Origin: Vicugna vicugna
Taxonomy: Eukaryota
Assembly (NCBI GenBank): GCA_013265495.1
Contig: MU058103.1
Span: 622,001 to 686,000 of the forward strand
Reading direction: 5' to 3'
DNA: 64,000 bases
Position 1 is the stretch's first letter; each line of letters starts with the position of its first letter. Below the pieces are notes generated by a model. It saw only the letters and a list, made by a program, of their open reading frames with translations. It was not told where the DNA came from and did not search any database. Positions 37,609 through 50,048 of this stretch are shown piece by piece. The translations under genes were made by a program, and so were the position numbers.

Positions 37609-39286
37609 TTTTTTTATTGTTTTTTTTAACATTTTTATTGATTTATAATCATTTTACATTGTTGTGTCAAATTCCAGTGTTCAGCACAATTTTCAGTCAT
37701 TCATGGACATATACACACTCATTGTCACGTTTTTTTTCTCTGTGAGTTATCATAACATTTTGTGTATATTTCCCTGTGCTATACAGTATAATCTTGTTTA
37801 TCTATTCTACAATTTTGAAATCCCAGTCTATCCCTTCCCACCCTCCACCCCTCTGGCAACCACAAGTCTGTATTCTCTGTCTATGAGTCTATTTCTGTCC
37901 TGTATTTACACTTTGTTTTTGTTTGTTTGTTTGTTTTTGTTTTTGTTTTTTTAGATTCCACATACGAACGATCTCATATGGTGTTTTTCTTTCTCTTTCT
38001 GGCTTACTTCACTTAGAATGACATTCTCCAGGAGCATCCATGTTGCTGCAAATGGCATTATGTTGTTGGTTTTTATGGCTGAGTAGTATTCCATTGCATA
38101 AATATACCACTTCTTTATCTAGTCACCTGTTGATGGACATTTAGGCTGTTTCCATGTTTTGGCTATTGTAAATAGTGCTGCTATGAACATTGGGGTGCAG
38201 GTGTCATCCTGAAGTAGATTTCCTTCTGGATACAAGCCGAGGAATGGGATTCCTGGGTCATATGGTAAGTCTATTCCTAGTCTTTTGAGGAATCTCCACA
38301 CTGTTTTCCATAGTGGCTGCACCAAACTGCATTTCCACCAGCAGTGTAGGAGGGTTCCCCTTTCTCCACAGCCTCTCCAGCATTTGTCATTTTTGGATTT
38401 TTGAATGACAGCCATTCTGACTGATATGAGGTGATACCTCATTGTAGTTTTGATTTGCATTTCTCTGATACTTAGTGATATTGAGCATTTTTTCATGTGC
38501 CTTTTGATCTTTGTATGTCTTCCTTGGAGAACTGCTTGTTTAGGTCTTCTGCACATTTTTGGATTGGGTTGTTTGTTTCTTTCTTATTAAGTCGTATGAG
38601 CTGCTTATATATTCTGGAGATCAAGCCTTTGTCGGTTTCATTTGCAAAAATTTTCTCCCATTCTGTAGGTTGTCTTTTTGTTCTACTTATGGTTTCCTTT
38701 GCTGTGCAGAAGCTTGTAAGTTTCATTAGGTCCCATTTGTTTATTCTTGCTTTTATTTCTACTAGGAGAAAATTTTTGAAATGTATGTCAGATAATGTTT
38801 TGCCTATGTTTTCCTCTAGGAGGTTTATTGTATCTTGTCTTATGTTTAAGTCTTTGATCCATTTTGAGTTGATTTTTGTATATGGTGTAAGGGAGTGTTC
38901 TAGCTTCATTGTTTTACATGCTGCTGTCCAGTTTTCCCAACACCATTTGCTGAAGAGACTGTCTTTATTCCATTGTATATTCTTGCCTCCTTTGTCGAAG
39001 ATGAGTTGACCAAAAGTTTGTGGGTTCATTTCTGGGCTCTCTTTTCTGTTCCATTGGTCTATATGTCTGTTTTGGTACCAATACCATGCTGTCTTGATGA
39101 CTGTAGCTCTATAGTATTGTCTGAAGTCTGGGAGAGTTATTCCTCCAGCCTCTTTCTTTCTCTTCAGTAATGCTTTAGCAATTCTAGGTCTTTGATGGTT
39201 CCATATAAATTTTATTATGATTTGTTCTAGTTCTGTGAAATATGTCCTGGGTAATTTGATAGGGATTGCATTAAATCTGTAGATTG
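37609..39286 (-). mobile_element. Young 5'-truncated LINE-1 with perfect target-site duplication
   Basis: Flanked by TTGGCAAACTCCTTTTCT at 37591-37608 and 39284-39301 (the first ~3 nt overlap L1 sequence); poly(T) at the left; ORF2 C-terminus nearly open. Confidence 0.95.
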
Positions 39287-39290
39287 GCAA
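38119..39290 (-). pseudogene. L1 ORF2p C-terminal fragment in two frames
   Basis: [12 protein letters not shown]...[23 protein letters not shown]...[13 protein letters not shown]; frameshift near 38510; [22 protein letters not shown] motif; [21 protein letters not shown]. Confidence 0.95.
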
Positions 39291-39859
39291 ACTCCTTTTC
39301 TATACCCTGAGGATGCAGTAGTAGTGAAATAAAGTGCCTCCTTTTATGAGCTTGTATTCTACCATAAGGAAATAGTGACAGACATGTAAGTTATATATTA
39401 GGTGATAATAAATACATTAAAGCAATGCAAATCAGGGTAAGGGGGCAGAGGATGACTCTTCTTTCATGATATCAATTATACTCTATTCCTACTGACCATT
39501 GCTTAGAAGTACACCCTGGAGTTTTCTTTATTGGTGAACTTAAATCAGACTTTCTCTCAACTCAAATATCCCTTAGCTATTCTGAAATAACTCTTAAGAC
39601 TTCACCATTACCAAATGGTTGATAGATCAGAACTTGTAATCAATACATCCAACTGACATATCTTACCTCACTTTAATATATTCCAGTTTCTATTTTCTTG
39701 AAACTCTTTCTTTTCTTACCTTCTAGTATATTTATGTTTTTGTTCTACTCTTCTCTAGGTGGCCTTTATCAAAATTTCTCTTTAGACTTTTTCTCTGTTC
39801 AATTCCATAAAGCTAAACTTCAGCACTCTCCTGAGTCTATATATTCCTTTTCAGGGACT

Positions 39860-40100
39860 TCATTGACTACCCTGGCTTTAGCTACCCCTTTTATATGCCA
39901 TTTCCTAAACTCCATCTGTGGCACACATTTTTTTCCCCTCAATTTTGAATTCATATTTTCAGCTCCTATGAAAAAAAATCTCCTTTTGCATACCTGCAGT
40001 CACCTCAAACTCAATAGTCCAAAAACAGACATACCTGAATATTATTTCTCTTCCTCTGTTTTCTTTCTCCGTGAATCATCACCAGTCACGCAATTCTGGG
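39860..40100 (+). mobile_element. L2 fragment
   Basis: 'cacctcaaactcaatagtccaaaaacagac' and the upstream 'ctccatctgt...aattttgaattcatattttcagct' match the L2 ORF 3' region. Confidence 0.55.
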
Positions 40101-40779
40101 AGTTATCTGCTAATTCATCAGCAAATGTGAATGTAAGTTAATCATAATCATGTAAGACTAATAGTGGTAAAAACTTACCTGCTCAACATTATGTTGTAGA
40201 AAAATCATAGACTGGGCAGTTGCCAAAAGCAGGTGCCCAGTCCAGTTCAAACGTACTAAATGAGCAACTTTGCAGAACCTTTGTTATCTTATCTCTGTAA
40301 CTAAGGTAATCCTACCTTCTTCAAAATGATGATATGAGTGATTGTAATTTTGTTAACTCTGTATATGCTCACAAAGAAATATTACATCCCTGTATCTCCC
40401 CTCCTTTCTCTTTTATAGTTTTTAAACATAGTCTTCTTTGAGGTTATAATAAGGAAAAAAGTACAGATATACAGAGATGAATATAACTAGGTCCTTGGTT
40501 TAGCAACTCAGTGTTAAGTGTGTGGATGTGTGTTGTGGGTGGAGAGCAGGAAGGAAGTACAATTCAGTACAGTGTGGCAAAAAACTGGATGTGTTAATTC
40601 AATTTCCAACTCCTGCCCATTCACAATCACCTGTAATTTACTCAGGGTAGTAAAAGCAGATATTCAATAAGTGTTACTACTTTGAGATAGTGCTCCTGAT
40701 TGCTTTCTATATGAACAACTACACATTTGCTGATCAAAATCTGCCATATCAGAGGTAATTAAATGAATAACCAGCATCA

Positions 40780-40970
40780 ACTGACTTATGGAGACCATTA
40801 CTGAGTTTTGTGACCCTAGGAAAATTAACTAAGTTCTCTAGTCCTCATGGAAATAATAGCACCAACTCCAGAGAACTACTTTCAGAGGCTGAATTAGAGG
40901 ATACAGATTATTTCTTAGCACAGTGAATGTAACACAATGAGCACTTAGTAGAGGACAGGTCATTATCGTT
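40780..40970 (+). mobile_element. MIR fragment
   Basis: 'tgtgaccctaggaaaattaactaa...aataatagcaccaactc...cttagcacagtg...gagcact'. Confidence 0.55.
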
Positions 40971-41689
40971 GTGGATGTTATAATGCGATTGACAAAATTA
41001 GTTTCTGTTTTTCTCAGCCTGAGATGGTTTATCCTGCAGTGTCTATGTCTATGTGATTCATTTATTTATAAAGTTCACTCAGCCTCTCTTGGTTTCTCCC
41101 CTAAGATGAAGCTGAGGTACTCTTCTCCCTCACAATGAACTCAATGCATCCAAAGCTTCCCACAGGAGCCGTGAGGGGAACTTAAGATGGGATTTTAGTT
41201 AGAGGTACTGAAAAGAAACTGTCGGTCTCTGGCTTATGAGGATGGGACCACTTCACTTAGTCATTATTACCTTAGTCTTTCTTTCCATCCATTGTCATGG
41301 ATATCAAATAACAATGAAAATGACACCCTGGGAGAGGAAAATATATACCTCTGAAGTTCTCTGTAGTTCCTAGCCAGCCCCTCATTTATCCGACAAGGAA
41401 AGACAATTATCCTTCCCTCTAGTCTCTAAGGCTTGTGTTGCTTATTTATTATTTTAATTGGCAGTGAATCCTGGGGAGGCAATCAGGCATTACTTTATAT
41501 GGCACTCGGAAGGCATTGGACATGGTACCTAATGATGAGCTGTTTAGTTAATAACAATAAAATTTCCTCCTGCAACCCCATGTATCTAAATGTTTCCCCC
41601 AGATGGTTTGCAATCATTGTGTTAACAGATCTCTGCTAGAGCAGAGTGGGCAAACAAACTAGCCATAAGGACGGCAGAGAGACACTTTA

Positions 41690-41764
41690 GGGAAATGCCT
41701 AAAAATCTCTTCATTTTCGGTTTCCCACTAACGGGCTCCCCTAAAGGAAAATAGGAAACTCTCC
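41690..41764. promoter_or_regulatory. Candidate IRF/ISRE + NF-kB motif cluster
   Basis: Minus-strand GGGAAACCGAAAATGAAG at 41709-41726, flanked by kB-like GGGAAATGCC (41690-41699) and GGAAACTCTCC (~41754-41764); motif evidence only. Confidence 0.4.
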
Positions 41765-42189
41765 AGCTGTCGCTACTGTATTAGCATCCATCACTGTGTA
41801 GTGGACAGCAGGGATAGCTGGAAGGCGTGGACATATCTGGAATATTTTTAAAAAGAGAAACAAAAATGAACAGCCCAGAGAAAGAAGGGATTCGTTAAAC
41901 TAAGAGCAAACTGTGACTCCATGCCTAACTCCACAAGGTTAGGCAACTTGGAAAGTACCTTTTGGCCTCATTCTTTAAAGCCAGTGTAGACTGTATCAGT
42001 GTGTCTGTCCCTGAGGAGCACAAGCCTCAAGGAGAGGATACATCTTCCAGAAACGACTCTCATCACCTAGATTCATACTTCTCAAGCTAGAACAGACCTA
42101 CTCCTGGAATCAAAGGCAGGGAGCTAGAAGTATATGATATACACCGAAAATAGAGGGGGGTGTTTTATATCTAAAGAAATTATAACATT

Positions 42190-42400
42190 TATTGCATGGT
42201 AGCATTATACACAACAGTGACTCTCACATTAAGCCAAGGAGGTAGGTTTTTTGTTGTGGTTGTTTCATGTTTTTATACTGATGAGGAAATTGAAGCTCAA
42301 AGTGGTTTAAATAACTTGCCCAAGGACACACAGCTAGCCAATGGAAAATTGGGATTCAAGCCCTGGCTGCTTAATTATAAAGCCCAGTTCCTTATTTCTC
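42190..42400 (-). mobile_element. MIR
   Basis: 'tgatgaggaaattgaagctcaaagtggtttaaataacttgcccaaggacacacagctag...gggattcaagccctggc'. Confidence 0.8.
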
Positions 42401-43701
42401 CTGCCAAGTTGATATTAATCAGTAATAAGTAATTGAAAACATAATTTGTGAAAATAAATTGGCAGTATCTTGTAGTTGCATATTTATCATATTTTCTGTT
42501 GCTGTTGTGTCAAAGGACTTTAGAGAACCCTGCTTCACGATGGCTTGCTTTGGCCTGTACTTTCAGACCCAGGGTTATGTGTTCATTATCCCTAAATAGC
42601 AGAGATATTTCTAATGGAACTTTTGAAAAACACTATGCTGAAAAATAGGCAGAGCACAGAGTTCAGACTGTAGAAAATAAATGAGGAACATAAGCAGTCT
42701 GTAGTATAGCTGGGGTGTTCATACCCTTTGACTAGGCTAGAGTAATATCGCCCAGCCGGCTGACCTCCCTGAACAACGTCCCTAAAAGGAGACAGGCATG
42801 CATAGAAAAGCAGCTAAATGGGGGGGAGGTGGGGGAATCCCCATATGATAACTTATTAGGCTAGTTCCCAATGCCTTCCTGTAAAACTCTGGTGAAGCTG
42901 GGTAGGAAAATGTGACTTAGGATGTAAGATCGAAGAGGAACCTCTTATCTCCTCTTGAAGAAAAGACGACTGGGCCTGACCACCTTTGATCTATTCAATT
43001 TAGGAACCCAGTACAATGACCAGCACCCTTTGTTGTATACTGAGGGAAGAGAGGCCTTGGATCAGCTTATCAGCTGGGGTCCATGATGAGTACAAGAAAT
43101 GGAAGAGAACCAAAGTCAGCCACCAACTGATGCACGACCTTTTAATTACCATGACCCTATGACTCCCGGTCAATAAGCTGGACTCTCCTGTGTCAGGATG
43201 GCAACTTCTCCCTTCCTGGAGAAGATTAAAGAGTGAAGGACCAAAGAGGCAGCACACAGACTGAGGGCAAACCCTACTGTCTCTATTCCTACCATCATGT
43301 GGCTTAGTCTGTTAACCCATCTCACAGGCCTGTGATGGACCATTCAGAAAGAGTGCTGTTTTCTTCAGATGTGGATAGCTACTGGAGTTTCAAGGATTCC
43401 CTGTCCCCTTATCCACATGACTACCTGTAAGGTCTAGTCATGTTCTGCACCTCTCCTTGATAATGGGATAAAGACTTTAAGCGAAGATCTCAGAAATCCC
43501 TTTAATGAGTCAAGACAATAATTAACTTGAAAGCCACACTGAAAATTAAGCTAAAACATCACATCCTCTCATTCAAAGTCTACTTCTTAAATTATGTCTT
43601 GCCGTATTCTCTAACTTGTTCACCTGAACAGCATGGGCATTACAATGTTCTAATATGAAATATCTCTGGCCTCTTTTAATAAATTGTAAAAAAGTAATAT
43701 A

Positions 43702-43820
43702 GATCTTATAATAACCTGTAATGGAAAATAATAGGAATATATATATAACTGAATCTCTATGCCATACACCAGAAACCAACACAACATTGTAAATCATCTA
43801 TACTTCAATAAAATTTTTTT
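43702..43820 (+). mobile_element. 119-bp L1 3'-terminal insertion with TSD
   Basis: 12-bp TSD AAAAGTAATATA at 43690-43701 and 43821-43832; 'tacaccagaaaccaacacaacattgtaaatc...tacttcaataaaa'. Confidence 0.9.
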
Positions 43821-45949
43821 AAAAGTAATATATATATAAAATTCACCTTACCCCTCACGCCTGAAGTAGTTTGAGCTTCAAATTTTCTCTTTATTTCCCT
43901 CATTTTCTCTAGAAGCATTCTTATTTCTGGCCAGTCTGGGCTGTCTCTTCAGTAGCTGCATCATGGGTTATTTTCCCCTAGTACAGGCATACCTCTGCAC
44001 ACTCTAATGTTGAATAACTAACAGACACACCTAGTTTCTCATATGTTCATTTTCCCAAATTTCCGTTTTTCAATAATCACATAAGTGTGGGGCAGCATCA
44101 GTCCTGTACCCACAACATTTAGCAAGTTGTGTAGCTACTGCAGCAACAGACATTCCCAAGCAAAGGTGATGTTCTGTTTCTTTCTTGTTTTTATCTAAAC
44201 CTTCAGTTATCTAGCAAAGTTAAAACAGAGATAGCAGGAGGAAAAAATAGTTATGTTCAGTTTTGCTTTACCTAGATGTTATCAAACATGGGCAAATTTT
44301 TTAAGGCCACAGTGTTGCATGATCTTTGGAAAAATCATTGCAATAACATGGGCTTCTCTCAGATGGTTCAGAAGCCCCTGAAGCCTTATAGTATTTCTAC
44401 AAGTCTTTACCTTCAGAGATACCGTAATAAATGTTATCTGCTGTATGTTCCTCCCCAAATCCTTGCAGCTTATTAGTTTATGGTCTGGTTTAATTCCCCT
44501 AAGCCTTAGTTAACCTTCATACTTCAATGTTAGCACAGAAATTCCATCATTTCTATTAAACCCGGATACTACTTGCTTTAGACAGTTCCCATCACCGTCA
44601 GTTCCAGTCGAGAAATGAGATGGAAATGGGGTGGGATGAGAGAAATCCTGAAAGCAAAACATGCATACAAATAAAAACATGCACAATGAGCAACCAATCT
44701 GTGGGACCTCCCCTTATCCAGCAGAAGCAACCCATGGGCCATAATTGTCACATACTGTGATCTGCTGCTTTATACAGCCTGGGGCTAGCCTGCATCAGTG
44801 GGTTGGAAACAAGAGAGAGAGAGGGGAATGACAAGTTGGGATAATAAAGCTTTTCCAAGAGCCAGTGTTTGACAAATTTGTAAATAGTGCTTCTGTAGTA
44901 GTGTTTTTTTTTTTTTTCCTCCCTGGACATCTAATTTACCTTCACCAGAAGGACAGCTGCCATTGGTCCAAAGTCTGTAAGGGAACCTGCTCTTTTCTTC
45001 CTTGTTCCTCTGACTATCAATTCTGTCCAGATTTGCTAAATATAGCAGCCAAGTTTCTCAGTGTCATAGTTTGTTCTAAATGCCTAGGGAAGCTGAACCC
45101 CTATTTTACGTATGTATCTGCAAGCTTCTGTCTACTCCACCTTCGCATGCATCCAGACCACTGTAATGGGAGGGAAGAGCTCTGGTCAAAGCATCCCTAC
45201 CATTTATTCAAACATTGAAAGAGATGGATGGTAAAGAAGAGTACGCTTGTTTTTCATGCTTAGGGCTGAACTGGCATAGGTTTTGAACCCACATCAGGTC
45301 AATGGCTTAAGGCAAGCAAGGCTACTGAATAGTAGGAGAAAAAAAAAAAAAAAAGGAGGAAAGGAGGGCTAGAAAAACCTCTGCCTACACTTATGGGCAG
45401 GCTCTTAATCAATTTACACATCCATCTGCCTAGGGAGGAAGAGAGAATCAGAAAAGAGAGAACAATGTGCATTATGGCCAGGATTTGCTGGGATCTATTG
45501 ACCCTAGGAAGACAGGAGGACTGAAGGGTCTTTGGATGGGTGCTTGACCACACCCAGTAGTGAAGTTCACCCAAGTAATGCCCTGGACTCTGGAAATCCA
45601 ATTTAGAATTTCTTTTTCTTTGGAGGAGGAGAGGAGTTTGGGTGCAGAGGAAGGAAAAAGAGCTTAATCTTTTTCTACCTCAACAGGTAAACCAATGAGT
45701 GACAAAGGATGTAAGAACTCTACTGAGTTTTACTGGATGGACCTGGTGACTAATACATAGAGGGACAAGCAACAGCTGTTAGCAGTGGAAGGGATGAACC
45801 AGCTAATAGTTTATAGGTCCCCTGTTACAATATCAAACTCATTGAAGTTACGGCCATTTGAACCAGCTTGCTAGTCAGTGGGAGTAGCATACGCATTCAC
45901 ACTGGACTAAAGAAGCACATGTCAAATTTTAAAATTATTAAATAATAAT

Positions 45950-46135
45950 AAATTGATAATTTATTGAATGCTTATCAAATGTCATATAATATAGGATGAC
46001 CTCTGCATATATTATCTAACTAATTAACTTGAGGTTCACAATAATTCTAGGCATTATGTCTCTTTTACAGAGGAGGACTATAAGGATTAGAGACATTGAG
46101 AAACTTTCCCAAGACACCAAATTTGTAAATAAAAA
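45950..46135 (-). mobile_element. MIR
   Basis: 'ataatttattgaatgctta...ttttacagaggaggact...aactttcccaagacac'. Confidence 0.65.
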
Positions 46136-46469
46136 CCTACACATCCATGCATGCCCACGTCTAACCACAAAACCTTTTTGGGGGTCTGTATATCTAGGTT
46201 TCCTGACTTTTGAGATCAATTGGAAATTAGGATTTTTAATTTCTTGATCTTTAAATATTGGCTCCATTTTCTCCCAAGCACTGAATGTACTAAAACAAAC
46301 ATTTTGTGGGCAGCATTCAGCCTGCAAGCTGGCTGTTTGCAACTTCTGCTGAGTCTAATAGCTTACAGTTTACACTAAGAGCATAAGCATATAAGTTCAG
46401 CAAGCAGGTTAAGAATATAGAGATAGAGGCTAAGTTCATGTTTTATGTAATCCCATATGGCATTCTCTC

Positions 46470-47250
46470 ATAGTTCATTATAAATATTCATTGTGTGCAT
46501 TTTATATAACTGGCACTATGCTAGATACTGAAGATTCAATGATAAATAAGAGTTAAAAATCTCTTTTCCCCATAAGAAAGAGGCAAAATAAGAGGCAATA
46601 AAATTTTTGCACAGTATGGATTCTATAATAAAGGGAGGGCAAGGTTGTAAGGGAGGGCAGAGGAGTAAACAAGTCTTGAAGGGTCTTTCTTATAGGGATA
46701 ATTGATACTTAATATAAAATATGAAAGAGTACAGTTTATACAGACTCATCAAGACCTGAAAGACCAGCATCTCTTCTGGAAGCTGGGCGTTGTGAAAATT
46801 TGGTCCAATAAAATAAAGGGTTAAATGATGAGAGCCATTGTGGCAGAGCTAGAAAGACATGAGGAGCTTTGGAAACCATAGTGCAACCATATTGAGTATA
46901 GACTATAACCTGAACACAGGGAGGAGCAGGGAGATTATGGACTGGTGGGAGGGACCACACAGTTAAATGTCTGTGTTAGAATCATCTGTCTAGACACAAT
47001 GTGGAAAAAATAGATTGAAAGATCAAGGGTGAAGTCAGGGAGAACAAACAAAAGGCTGTCACTAGCAGGATAGCAGGAGATGATGTTCAACAATAGCTTA
47101 ATTTATGGTGAACCTAAGTGGACAGGGAAGAAAAAATTTAAGGAGGCAGAATCAACAGTTTTCCTTGGTTGAAGGGGCTAAGGAAGATTTCTACTTTAAG
47201 GTGTCAAGTGATTGGTGGAGACAGGTAGGATGAAAGGAAATACTGGGGGA
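46470..47250 (-). mobile_element. L2 remnants
   Basis: 'aaatattcattgtgtgcatttta...ggcactatgctagatactgaagattcaatgataaataaga' (reverse complement of the L2 tail) and downstream 'ggaggcagaatcaacag'. Confidence 0.6.
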
Positions 47251-47448
47251 GGGAAAGATACAAGTCTTGAAGGACTTGTATTTTCCTTCCAAAAACGTCA
47301 GTGCTCCAGAGAAAGAGAAGAGCCGAACAGCTGGATTGATTCAGAATTGGGGTTTCATTATGCAGGTGAGTGACTGAAATGGACCTGCGTGAAGTTTAAG
47401 AGCTGTTGAACAGGAAACAAACACGAAGACTGCTGGAGACCAGACAGC

Positions 47449-48130
47449 GGGCTTCCGGGTTCCAGTTCTGGCATGTGAGGGATTTGGAGCTTGGAAGGTG
47501 TCATTCCTGCCATCCACACTGCAGAAAAAAAAAAAGCCTAGCAAACTGAAAACTCAGCCACTCTTCTTAGGTCTATCAGAGAAGGGAGGTCACAGGGCAA
47601 ATGGTCACCTCACAAAAGGAAGACAGGTGAATACAGAGAAATACAACGTACCAGAGCAGAACCTGGGGATTAGAATCCTCCACCGTACCTGGTGAGATGA
47701 CCTGAACTGTGATGAGTGAATTGCTGGAGACTTCCTGTGGACAAGCTTCAGAATTAAAAATTCCAGAGGCCTCAGTCATAGGGGGACCTTCACACTCTAG
47801 TGATTTTTTTACCTCCAGGTGCTCTACGAGGTTCTCACAGTGAAAATCCAATGGAAATCCCCTGGAACTTCTGTAAAAGGTAGGAGCGGGGCAGGTGGGC
47901 AGGGGACAGAATAGCCATTCCAGATACACCCAGGGGCCCAGAGTATTCTACTCTTAACAAGGCTTGCCCCCCAGGAAAACTATTTTACCAGAGTCTAAGG
48001 GGACTCTGGTGGACCTGGGGGAAGGGAAATGCCCAGCTCCAATTGTTCTAGCCTTCCTGTGGGACCTAAAGGGAAGACAAAACAAAACAAAACTGAGAAG
48101 TACACTGAGACCTAATCCTAGGGCTGTAGG
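47449..48130 (+). mobile_element. Isolated L1MC/L1MD-type 5'UTR fragment
   Basis: Colinear with the reverse complement of 27990-28610 (shared 'agacaggtg', 'tggacaag', 'ttaaaaa', 'cagtcata', 'ttttacctccagg', 'caaggc.tgccc'). Confidence 0.8.
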
Positions 48131-49284
48131 TACTGGATGTCTAAATATGATGGAAGATCTAGAGACACTGGAGAAGTTAGTGAGAAAGCCGAACTCATCA
48201 GTTTGTGGTTGAAGAGAGGGATACTTGAATTTAAAATTTCAGAGGCGGAACAATGGTGTCAAGGGCTGCCTGGTCCAGGGTGTACAGTCTGTTGAAAATA
48301 TTTGAAAGACAAAGCAGATTTGGAAAAGGAGTGAAAGATTTGTTCTGAAAAGAGCACAAGGGAGTCAGAATGACTTACTGGCGAAATGAAATATAGAAGT
48401 ATTTAAAGGTAACACTGCAAAATAAAGAAGCTTACCAAGTTTCTATTAGTTTATTCATGATAAACATTCGGAAACTTTCCTTTATGATTATCATATTCAT
48501 AAAGGTCATGCCATATATTCAGACATCAACATAGCAAAAATCATAGATAAAATTGTTTTATAGGTATTTCAAGTTTATGTGAAATCTCCAAGGTTTTATT
48601 ATCTTGGGGACCAGAATTAATCAGGTGATGCTGTTATTTTTGGTTTATCTCAGGGTGCAAAGCGATATTTTGTCTGCTGCTGTTTTTTAATGCCCTTACT
48701 GTGGTACATGAAATGTTTAGTAGTGTTGGCAGCAGGTCAAAGTGTCATTTTTTTTAACTCTACAAGTCTTCCTTCTAGGTGCAAAACTGACCAAAAATCA
48801 TGACAGTTATCAGTCATTCCCCTTGTGGCTGATCCTAATGAGCTCACAATTATCTGCATACTACTTTATTCCCCTCAAAGAAACAATGAGAAGCAACTGC
48901 ACAGGTCAGTGGCTCTCTGCTTATATATCATAAAGGTTTGGAAATAGGATTCCCTTTTTTTTTTGCCTAGGAAATAGCTTCCTAAAATAAATATGTCCAT
49001 TCTAATACTCTGAATATAACTTCTGCCATTTTGCAGTGACATGCTGAAGCACTTTTGAGATTTTATTGTAGAAAATAACAACAAAACCAGACTACAGAAC
49101 AAACACATAAAAATCACAGATCTATAATTTTCAAGTGTATTTCATAATCATTTATTTAAAAGAAGATAATTTCCTACTGTGGAGGAATGTGCATCGGTTT
49201 TTGTGACAGTTACCTGCTACTTCTAAGTTGGGCTTTTCTTGTTGCCAAAATAATAACCTTATAATAAAAGGTGAGCTTGGTTTT

Positions 49285-49430
49285 ATGTGTGTGTCTGTAT
49301 ATAATATATAATGATATTATATGTATTAATTATATGTATTATATGTATATACAGACATGTATGTGATTTATAGATGTATGTATGTACACGTATACATATA
49401 ATACATATAATTAATATATATAATGCATAC
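49285..49430. repeat. TA/TG-rich low-complexity tract
   Basis: Directly visible. Confidence 0.8.
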
Positions 49431-49502
49431 AACTTATGGAGGGCCTGGAACAAAATATGCATTCAATAAATATTAGCTGTTAAAATATCTACAGCCTACT
49501 AT

Positions 49503-50048
49503 TGTTACCCCAAAAGGGGATGGGAAAAAAAAACCCCAGCTCTTGTCTTACCCAAAAGAGAAGAATTCAGACAAGAGACAGAAGTGTAAAATTTTAAAGG
49601 TTTTATTTAGCAAAGGGAAAGTACACCTCCAAAAATGGGAGGTGGGCTGATCCAAGGGCAGATAGCAGTAGTCTGTTTTTGCTCCTTCTCTTACACCCTC
49701 TCTTGGAGGTGGTCTCTTGATTGATTGACAGCTGTTGCCCCTGGAGTGCTTAGTTATGCTTGCCCCCTTTTGTGCATGTCCTTACCCATGATGCACACAG
49801 AAAAACCCTTGAGGTGGGGTCTAAACTGCAATGCTAATTATATTACAGTGAACATTGGGTCATGTCTGGTTAGGTCCCCGTCGCTACCATGCAGTTGCGG
49901 CCATCAGGCTCTAACTAGTTTCTTGCTGACACTCATTTAGAGGAAGGAAAGCCCCTTTGTGCTGAAGGCAGTCATACCCCCATCTTCCAGAGCCTCCTCC
50001 CTCTCCTTCACCTGTCTGCCCAGTGTCCCCACTTGTCTAACTTTAACA
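49503..50048 (-). mobile_element. ERV1-type solo LTR (546 bp)
   Basis: Inverted termini TGTTA...TAACA; perfect 4-bp TSD CTAT (49499-49502 and 50049-50052); minus-strand AATAAA near 49602-49607. Confidence 0.9.

Noticed and set aside
38497..39009. 170-aa + strand ORF
   Set aside because: Antisense shadow of L1 ORF2
39698..40141. 147-aa ORF
   Set aside because: F/S/L-biased frame across a pyrimidine-rich L2 remnant; no recognisable domain
42670..43560. GC-richer unique-looking segment as a processed pseudogene or LTR
   Set aside because: The frames I read close quickly, and I found no convincing termini or TSD; left unassigned
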